Assembly (NCBI GenBank): GCA_965649265.1
Contig: CBFGKC010000007.1
Span: 135,594 to 180,166, forward strand
Source: a candidate division WOR-3 bacterium
GTDB taxonomy: Bacteria > Hydrothermota > Tepidihabitantia > B3-TA06
Direction of reading: 5' to 3'
Length of the DNA: 44,573 nt
Position 1 is the stretch's first letter; the number at the start of each line of letters is the position of its first letter. This document shows positions 38,401 through 44,573 of this stretch, piece by piece. The notes beneath the pieces were generated by a model, which worked only from the letters and a program-made list of their open reading frames with translations, was not told the DNA's origin and ran no database searches. Both the position numbers and the translations under genes were made by a program.

Positions 38401-40891
38401 AATCTGGGGCATGCGAAACGAGGACTTGAGATATACCCCCGGGAAGCAGGAGGCCGAAATTGCATTCGATTCAAGAGATTCCTACCTTGGAGAATGGAAA
38501 CAAAAGGTCGCCCGCATTTTCGAAACCGGAGGCACGCTCTACATTCCTGAAATCAAGGCAAAAGGGGGAAAACTCTGGGTATCGGAGTATTTTTACGCTC
38601 TCAAGGATGCAAAAGGAAAAGTCGAAAGGGTAGTCATACTGACCGAGGACATAACCGGCCGCAAGCAGATTGAAGAGGCCTTGCAGGAATCCGAGGAAAA
38701 GTACCGACGTCTGGTCGATAAATCGCTTGTCGGCATATACGTCACTCAGGATCATTTAATCAGATACTGCAATCAGAAATTTGCCGAAATATTCGGTTAC
38801 CCGAACACCGAAGAGATTTTGAATAAGAACATCCGAGATATTGTTACGCCGGAAAGCTGGAAAATCATTGAGAAGCAGATAGATTTAAGGATTACCGGCA
38901 AAAAGGAGAGCGCGAGATACGAATTTCAGGGAATCAAGAAAGACGGAACCATTTTTGACGTGGAGGTACTAGGAAGTCGAATCATTCTACAAGGCAGGCC
39001 GGCTATTCAGGGCACAATGATTGACATTACCGAACGAAAATGCGCTGAAGCCGCACTTCGGGAATCCGAGGAACGTTATCGCAATCTCACCGAGGAGGCC
39101 CTCGTCGGTGTTTACATTTACAGCAACCTCTTAAGGAAGTACCTTTTCGTTAATCCTGAGATGTCCAAGATAACAGGGTATACCCAGGACGAACTTTTGA
39201 GAATCGATCCTAACGAGCTTTCGGTTGAAGAGGACTCTTACATACTCAAGGAACGTGAGGAAGCGGTAAAAAAGGGAACGTCTGTCAATCCCGAGTATTC
39301 TATACGCATCAGGCGCAAGGACGGAACCCTTGCAGTTCTTTCTGTCAGAACTCACAGAATTAAATATGGGGGGGAGGACGTCGCTCTCGGGAATTGCATA
39401 GACATAACGGAGCTTGTCAAACAACGACATGAGATTGAGCGAGCAAAGCAGGAGTGGGAGCTGACGTTCGAGTCCATTGACGATCAGGTTCTAATCCTTG
39501 ATTTGGAACGCAGAATTCTGCGAGCCAATCGTGCGGCCGTGAAGTTCACCGAAATTCCCTTGCAGCAATTGATAGGGAAAACGTGTTCAGAGGTTTTCAT
39601 TGTGGGCAGGGTATGCCGTACCCAAAATTGCCCCCACAACAGATGCGTTAAAAACAAAGCTACTGTTCGCTACGAATACAGGGACACCAAAACAAGCAGA
39701 GCTTTTTCGGTATCCACTTCCCCGATTTTTGACTCTTCAGGCAACGTTGCCGCCGTGGTCGAAGTGGCGCGAGACATAACTGAAATCAGGGACATGGAAG
39801 ACGCCCTTGCTTCGTCGGAAGCCAAATTCCGCGACATGGCGGATAGTGTCAGAGACATAATCTTCGCGGTTTCGTATGACGGAACAGTCTCCTACATCAG
39901 TCCCGCAGCGAGAGAGATTCTCGGACAAGAACCGGAGGTTTTCACAGGTAGAAGCATCCTCGGTTTCACCTCGAATATTCTGGATCAGAACACCAGACGA
40001 CTTATAAGCAAGATAATCGAGAATCCCGGGCAAGGAGAGCGTATACCGTCTTTTGAAATAGAAGCCCAGGATATCAAAGGCCGTAAACATACCCTGGAGA
40101 TCGTAGCTCGAAGGCTCAAAAACCAGATTGTGGGAGTGGCACGAGACATATCTGATCGCAAGCGGATGGAAAATCAGCTGCTCAGAGCCTCCAAACTGGC
40201 TTCAATAGGCGTTCTGGCCGCAGGCATTGCGCATCAGGTTAACAACCCACTTGCGATAATGCTTTCGGCATCCACAGTCCTGCGCGATTTGTACGATCGT
40301 TCCCCGAACCTTACCGAGGAATCGAGAGCCAAAGCGGTAAAGTATTTCGGTATGCTCGAAAACCAGGTAGAAAGAACCCGCAAGGTAGTTTCGGGACTAC
40401 TGGCTTTTGCCCAGGACAAGAAACTTCATATAGTCAAGACGCAAATCAATCCGCTGGTCAAGGAGTCCTTGCAGCTTCTTATTCAGAATTTCGGAGACGG
40501 CAAGATCTCGTTGAAACTCTTGCTCAGCGACGATTTGCCGCCGGTTTTCGTCGATCAGGCCGCGCTTCAGCAGGTAATTGTCAATCTTGCTCAGAATGCA
40601 ATCGAAGCAATGGAAGGGAGAGGAACCTTAACGGTTTCGACTCAAAACGGGGAGGGGAAAAATATTCAAATCATCTTCAAAGATACCGGACCGGGGGTGA
40701 CCGAAACATCACGAGAAGAGATATTCGAACCTCTCTTCACGACCAAAGCGAGTTCAAAAGGAACAGGTCTCGGGCTGCCATTGAGCGTAATGCTGCTTGA
40801 GCGATTCGGCGGGAAAATCTTTCTCGATAAAACATCAGGGAAGGGCGCGATTTTTGTGGTTGAAATACCTTACCATTTTGATGGAGAATAA
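35441..40891 (+). CDS. Cytoplasmic multi-PAS/GAF histidine kinase
   Basis: About 11 PAS units ending in DIT-like motifs, one GAF, H-box AHQVNNPL, N-box NLAQNA, DTGPG, FTTK, GTGLGL. Confidence 0.95.
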   Translation: MSVRLNRNTSEEHLGDKDSIYQSLYDNIPVGIFRTDQEGKILSANPSLVKMLGFSSEKELSAIRAFDIYLIPDDGRKIRERLNVEGLVSNFETQLKRKDDSILWVSINVRAVVSEKKGILFYEGVIEDITARKKTETALRESEEQYRSMIDSMGEAIHVVDTDLRILLINPSFRKWMKTLGFERNVVGKTIFEVFTFLSDKVRNEYKQVFMTGQTLVSEDTNVVKGEKIITETRKIPILEEGKVKRVITVIEEITERKKALEALRESNEKYQSLVERANEGIAIVQNDEIEYANPRLVEMLEYDCAKLLLHSKVSRHIHPDVRKTVMERYRQRLLGAEVIPLYESALLTRGGRRIEVELSSELITYQGSPAVMVLIHDITERKKAEEDLQRSKERYRAVSELTSDYAYSLAVTADGKITLEWITEAFNRLTEFSKGPVNIPDDLKDVIHPDDFGILVESLNALVRGESDVSEYRVIDNNGNVHYLLDSAKPVFDENGVLVRIYGAAQDITERKLAEQALKLRAGFENLIANLSTSFVNLPIDKMDDGINKALKEIGEFAGVDRSYVFRLHDNSTMMSNTHEWCTRDVKPQMKNLKNLPLHAFPWFSSKLLIGETIYCPRVSQLPDEALAEKKEWKKEEIKSLVNVPMLLEGRVVGFIGFDSVKTEKEWPKEILDLLRIVGESFASAFERKRAEEEIRDREIRYRALFENAGDAIMLLKDRKVIDCNSKTLDLFGCTRDQIVNLGPYMFSPKYQPDGSLSNESEELKIESALKGKQQRFYWRHIRMDGSHFDAEVTLNRVDIGEGTILQKIIRDITEQKQSERALKESEELYRGLIETSPDAITLTDLSGNFIMLNHQAAKLYGVNDENELLGRNAFDFFDPEEIDNARLEVLSILQKGAVKNIEHLLHRSDGSTYPAEMSSSLVFDGQGNPKGLISVIRDTSERKKVEQALIASEALNRAVIERSPLGISICDCEGHLISHNKAWQKIWGMRNEDLRYTPGKQEAEIAFDSRDSYLGEWKQKVARIFETGGTLYIPEIKAKGGKLWVSEYFYALKDAKGKVERVVILTEDITGRKQIEEALQESEEKYRRLVDKSLVGIYVTQDHLIRYCNQKFAEIFGYPNTEEILNKNIRDIVTPESWKIIEKQIDLRITGKKESARYEFQGIKKDGTIFDVEVLGSRIILQGRPAIQGTMIDITERKCAEAALRESEERYRNLTEEALVGVYIYSNLLRKYLFVNPEMSKITGYTQDELLRIDPNELSVEEDSYILKEREEAVKKGTSVNPEYSIRIRRKDGTLAVLSVRTHRIKYGGEDVALGNCIDITELVKQRHEIERAKQEWELTFESIDDQVLILDLERRILRANRAAVKFTEIPLQQLIGKTCSEVFIVGRVCRTQNCPHNRCVKNKATVRYEYRDTKTSRAFSVSTSPIFDSSGNVAAVVEVARDITEIRDMEDALASSEAKFRDMADSVRDIIFAVSYDGTVSYISPAAREILGQEPEVFTGRSILGFTSNILDQNTRRLISKIIENPGQGERIPSFEIEAQDIKGRKHTLEIVARRLKNQIVGVARDISDRKRMENQLLRASKLASIGVLAAGIAHQVNNPLAIMLSASTVLRDLYDRSPNLTEESRAKAVKYFGMLENQVERTRKVVSGLLAFAQDKKLHIVKTQINPLVKESLQLLIQNFGDGKISLKLLLSDDLPPVFVDQAALQQVIVNLAQNAIEAMEGRGTLTVSTQNGEGKNIQIIFKDTGPGVTETSREEIFEPLFTTKASSKGTGLGLPLSVMLLERFGGKIFLDKTSGKGAIFVVEIPYHFDGE

Positions 40892-42327
40892 TGCATTCAA
40901 TGCTGCCTAAGGAGTTGATACGCGTCCTGCTTGTGGACGACGAGGAGTTTTTTCTTGAAACGACCCTGGAGGCTCTTTCGACAAGAGGATGCGAGGTCGT
41001 TACCGCCCAGAGAAGCCAGACGGCCCTGGAAATAATCGAAACTCAGATGTTCGAAGTAGTGGTCCTTGACATCAAAATGCCCGGCATGGACGGTCTGGAA
41101 TTGCTGCGCATGCTCAAGAACGAAAGACCGACTCTCGAGGTCATAATGCTCACTGGTCACGCTTCCGTGCCTTTAGCGGTCGAGGCGATGAAGCTTGGAG
41201 CATTCGACTTTCTTCTGAAGCCTTGCAGCATTGAAGATATGATGCGGTCAATAAACAAGGCTGCAAGAATCGGCCGCCTGGAGCGCAGAACGCTCGCTCT
41301 GGAAAAGGAACTTGAACGCACAAAAGGGCTCGGCCCGATTGTGGGTTCTGGAAAAGAAACCAAGCGGATACTTAAGTTTATCGAGAAGGCGTCAGCATCC
41401 GATCTGCCGGTTCTCATAACAGGCGAAAGCGGCACAGGCAAGGAACTTGTAGCCAGAGCTATACATAATATGAGCACTCGTTCGGCAAGACCGCTCGTAG
41501 TGGTGGACGGCGCCACTCTGCGCGAGGAGCTTCTGGCATCAGAACTATTCGGACACGAGAAAGGGGCTTTCACAGGTGCACTCCGGAAAAAAGCCGGCCT
41601 TTTTGAAGTCGCCGACAGGGGGAGCATATTCCTCGATGAGATAGGGGAAATCTCTATGCCTAACCAGGCCGCCCTGCTGAGAGTCATTGAAACGGGCAGG
41701 TTCAGACCGGTCGGGTCGGTACACGAGGTTAGCACAGACGTGCGGATCATTGCGGCCACCAATAAGAATCTGGACGAGTCCATATCGAAAAAAACATTCA
41801 GGGAAGACCTCTACTACAGATTGAAAGGGCATGATATAACCATTCCCCCTTTAAGAGAAAGAAGAGAGGACATACCCTTGCTTATCAAACATTTCATCGA
41901 AAAGAACTCCGAGAAATACGGCGCCGTTTTCGGCGTTTCCGAAGAAGCGCTTCAATACCTCTCATCTTACGACTGGCCGGGCAACGTAAGAGAACTCATG
42001 CACATAATGGAACAAGGCGCCATTGAAGCCAGGGATGACGGAAACCTCATCAAAACGCACCATCTTCCTCCAAACATCACCGCAAGTAAAAAGCTGGAAC
42101 CACCTGCGTCAAACAAGGAAGTTTCGAGTTCCGCACCCGCTGACGGCGATGGCATAAATGAAAAAATAAAGGATAAGCCGGAGCTCTCGGAGTTCAACAG
42201 GCGCTGCGAAGCCTACTACATATCCAGACTTCTCGAAGAACTCGGTGGAAACAAAACCCGCGCAGCAAAAATCCTTGGGATAAGCCGCTCGATGCTCTAT
42301 GACAAGCTGCGCCGCCAGCGCCCGTAA
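40891..42327 (+). CDS. NtrC-family sigma54-dependent response regulator
   Basis: REC (VDDE, LDIKMP, KP), GESGTGKE, GAFTGA, WPGNVREL, Fis HTH. Confidence 0.96.
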   Translation: MHSMLPKELIRVLLVDDEEFFLETTLEALSTRGCEVVTAQRSQTALEIIETQMFEVVVLDIKMPGMDGLELLRMLKNERPTLEVIMLTGHASVPLAVEAMKLGAFDFLLKPCSIEDMMRSINKAARIGRLERRTLALEKELERTKGLGPIVGSGKETKRILKFIEKASASDLPVLITGESGTGKELVARAIHNMSTRSARPLVVVDGATLREELLASELFGHEKGAFTGALRKKAGLFEVADRGSIFLDEIGEISMPNQAALLRVIETGRFRPVGSVHEVSTDVRIIAATNKNLDESISKKTFREDLYYRLKGHDITIPPLRERREDIPLLIKHFIEKNSEKYGAVFGVSEEALQYLSSYDWPGNVRELMHIMEQGAIEARDDGNLIKTHHLPPNITASKKLEPPASNKEVSSSAPADGDGINEKIKDKPELSEFNRRCEAYYISRLLEELGGNKTRAAKILGISRSMLYDKLRRQRP

Positions 42328-42376
42328 CACCCCGTAACACCCGTAACACCCGTAACACTCAGTAAGACTCAGTAAC
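42321..42376. repeat. Array of CCCGTAACAC (reverse complement of GTGTTACGGG) containing the stop codon
   Basis: Four copies (9-10-bp period) plus two TCAGTAA variants. TAA 42325-27 lies inside copy 1. Confidence 0.92.
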
Positions 42377-42614
42377 GTATCGATTAACCCACTCCCGGCT
42401 TTTCGCTGGAATCTCAGTACATAGGAATGCACGCAGCCGCTTGCGGAAACGAGTGCAAAAAAAAAGAGAAAACCACACAAAGGTGTCCGTAAAGAAGGAC
42501 GGTGTTCTTTTCAGAAAGCATAAATCGTCTTAATAAGAATACAGTTACTTTTTCTTACGGAGTCCTTAACCAATAATATCTAGTAAAATTTGAACTTAAC
42601 GATTATTGTCATAG

Positions 42615-42630
42615 TGGCACAAAGATTGCT
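42615..42630 (+). promoter_or_regulatory. sigma54 promoter TGGCAC-N5-TTGCT
   Basis: GG 42616-17 and GC 42628-29; candidate UAS GTCCGTAAAGAAGGAC at 42484-42500. Confidence 0.85.
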
Positions 42631-43015
42631 TATCTTATTAATGAGATGAAACTGAGGAAGCTACCAATCAAACGAACCGGAAGTCTAGAGGTAAGAAAGG
42701 TGTATATAAAAAGGAAAGAGATTACGCCCTCCTCCCATACTTATCCTTATCTTGCGGCTGCCGTACACAAAACGGCAGCCGCAACAACATCTGTGGTAGA
42801 TCCCTTTCGTTTATACAAACAGTACATTTATACTAGATTTATCAGATCTATCACGCAAACCCGCACGTCAAAAAAGCGGGAAGAACCTCAAGATAAATTA
42901 CTCTCATACCAAAACGGACTCTCGAAAACAGTTATCCCCGGACATTTCTTTCACCCCAATTTGAGCGCAAGAACCCTCAAACTCTTCATTATTACCAGGT
43001 CTTTGATGGACAGAG

Positions 43016-44128
43016 GTGCTTTTGAAGATTAAAACACGTATTCTTCTTGTAGACGACGAACCGGAGTTCATTGAAACAATAGGAACGATACTGCGTTCGA
43101 GGGAATTTGAGGTTGAAACGGCCTCTTCGGGCCCTATAGCGCTAGAACTTTTCGCCAGAGGCGACTTCGACCTCGTCATTACCGACATCAACATGAGGGG
43201 AATGGACGGTATCGAACTCATCCGAAGGCTGCGTCAGGCAAAGCCTGAACAGCGGGTCATTGTTGTGACGGGTTTTCCCTCTCATGAATCCCAGGAGGAG
43301 GCCTTTAAGCTCGGGTCGCTCAATTACATTGTAAAGCCCTTCTCCACGGAAAGGTTCCTTGAACTCGTACGAAAGTCCATCAACGAAGAAAAGGGAAACG
43401 GCCTTGTGGGTCCGGTTCAGTTAACGACCGAAGACCTCGTTCAGATGTATGCCCTTGACGGGAAGAGCGTAATTCTCGAGATACGCAAGGGAAAGAACAC
43501 CGGTCACATCTACTTCGACAGAGGTAAGGTTATTCACGCCGAAACTGATCAAAACACCGGGGAAGAGGCCTTTTACGAGATACAATCGTGGAAAGATGGT
43601 GTGTTCAAGGCGGAGCAGTTTACGAAGGAAATTTCAAGAACGATAAAGAAGGGCGTTGATGCCTTGCTCATCGAAGGGGCGAGGATCATGGACGAAAAAA
43701 CCAGAAGCGGAGCGGAAAAAATTAACGAAACAACTCAAAAGAAGGAGGATTCAATGCCTTCACCAGTACAGCAAATCCTAGACGAAGCGGCCAGGCAGGT
43801 TGACGGTCTCGTTGCAGCCGGCGTCGTCGGGATGGACGGTATACACATAGCGCAATTCAGCCGCGGCGATGTTCCAAGAGAAGCGCAGGAGGCATACGGA
43901 GTAAAGTTTGCCCTGGTCATGTCACTTGTGCGCAAAACCTTGACCGAAGTCGGCGGCGGAGAACTCGAAGAGAATCTTGTAGAGCATTCAGGCGGCTGGT
44001 TCCTTACCCGGTTCGTCGGTAAAGGCAGCTACTATCTTGGCATGGCGGTAGCAAAAGACGCCGTGCTCGGAAACGTAAGAATGGTTGCCAAACAAACCGC
44101 AGAGAAGCTCTCTCGCGTAATTGGCTAG
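43016..44128 (+). CDS. REC - DUF4388/PATAN - Roadblock/LC7-like fusion
   Basis: REC (VDDE, TDINM, KPF); 'DLVQM...GHIYFDRGKVIHAE...GEEAFYEI..W..G.F'; 'VDGLVAAGVVGMDG...LG..R'. Confidence 0.85.
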   Translation: MLLKIKTRILLVDDEPEFIETIGTILRSREFEVETASSGPIALELFARGDFDLVITDINMRGMDGIELIRRLRQAKPEQRVIVVTGFPSHESQEEAFKLGSLNYIVKPFSTERFLELVRKSINEEKGNGLVGPVQLTTEDLVQMYALDGKSVILEIRKGKNTGHIYFDRGKVIHAETDQNTGEEAFYEIQSWKDGVFKAEQFTKEISRTIKKGVDALLIEGARIMDEKTRSGAEKINETTQKKEDSMPSPVQQILDEAARQVDGLVAAGVVGMDGIHIAQFSRGDVPREAQEAYGVKFALVMSLVRKTLTEVGGGELEENLVEHSGGWFLTRFVGKGSYYLGMAVAKDAVLGNVRMVAKQTAEKLSRVIG

Positions 44129-44153
44129 AAATTAATCAAGAAAGGAGATTGCA

Positions 44154-44573
44154 ATGGCTACCGAGGAACAGAAGAAGGAAAACCTGATCCGGATGCTTGA
44201 AATGATCATACAGGGGCTCACGAAAGGCCTCTACGATCTTTTTGGCGAGTCATCATACGCCGTCATGCATTCGGTCGGTGACGAACTGTTGAACGTCATG
44301 CAAAAAGAGATGGGGCTTGAACTCGGCGGTGAGAACGGCGTAGCAGTCGCCCAGGAGATCATCCGCCTGTTCGTCGACGAGTTCGGGATAGCCGAAAAGA
44401 TAGATCTGGACCATCAGGGCAACGTAATAAACCTGGTCGTTCACGGTCACAGGGGCTACAACACGTTCAAGCGTCTTAAGGATCTCGGGATTAACGAACC
44501 TTTTGTCGAACCTATCATGAACGTCGGCGCCGCCGCTCTCAAGAAGCGCAGAGGCGGAGCAAACATCAGCAAA
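44154..44573 (+). CDS. Partial ORF (runs off the window), V4R/HNOB-like small-ligand-binding fold suspected
   Basis: RBS AAAGGAG, ATG 44154; MATEEQKKENLIRMLEMIIQGLTKGLYDLFGESSY...MQKEMGLEL...IRLFVDEFG; open to the end of the window. Confidence 0.7.
   Translation, partial: MATEEQKKENLIRMLEMIIQGLTKGLYDLFGESSYAVMHSVGDELLNVMQKEMGLELGGENGVAVAQEIIRLFVDEFGIAEKIDLDHQGNVINLVVHGHRGYNTFKRLKDLGINEPFVEPIMNVGAAALKKRRGGANISK

Noticed and set aside
42646-43032. 128-aa ORF after the sigma54 promoter
   Set aside because: No SD, no recognisable domain, and it crosses a strong hairpin. Treated as leader or sRNA, though not excluded.
1-44573. tRNA, rRNA, transposase, integrase, reverse transcriptase or prophage genes
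   Set aside because: None recognisable by eye. A covariance-model scan could not be run.

Overview
A 44.6-kb bacterial chromosomal segment from a diderm lineage. It has T9SS-type C-terminal sorting domains, a TonB-C lipoprotein and a beta-barrel protein; the style suggests an FCB-associated candidate phylum such as WOR-3/TA06, which is inference only. It contains three secreted T9SS cargo genes and one remnant, a housekeeping block (glnA-gap-pgk, murT-gatD, murJ), satP and umuDC. Signalling genes are abundant: a 1691-aa Ser/Thr kinase-NTPase-TPR-GAF-sigma54 activator, a degenerate cyclase-NTPase-TPR protein, an 11-PAS histidine kinase with an NtrC-type regulator, and a REC-DUF4388-Roadblock/V4R-like operon. 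No rRNA, tRNA, CRISPR array or transposase was seen. The most unusual signals are non-coding. (1) Strand-asymmetric short tandem repeats (GTGTTACGGG, CTGAGGAGGG) abut stop codons. (2) Two tandem sigma54 promoter modules follow the giant activator; the second points into a GGA-rich tract with no long ORF. (3) A 50-bp inverted repeat pair 10.4 kb apart carries a DnaA box and 11-bp iterons. (4) REP-like repeats bracket AT-rich cargo genes and umuDC. (5) Most sigma70-like promoters have 16-bp spacers, and several look leaderless.
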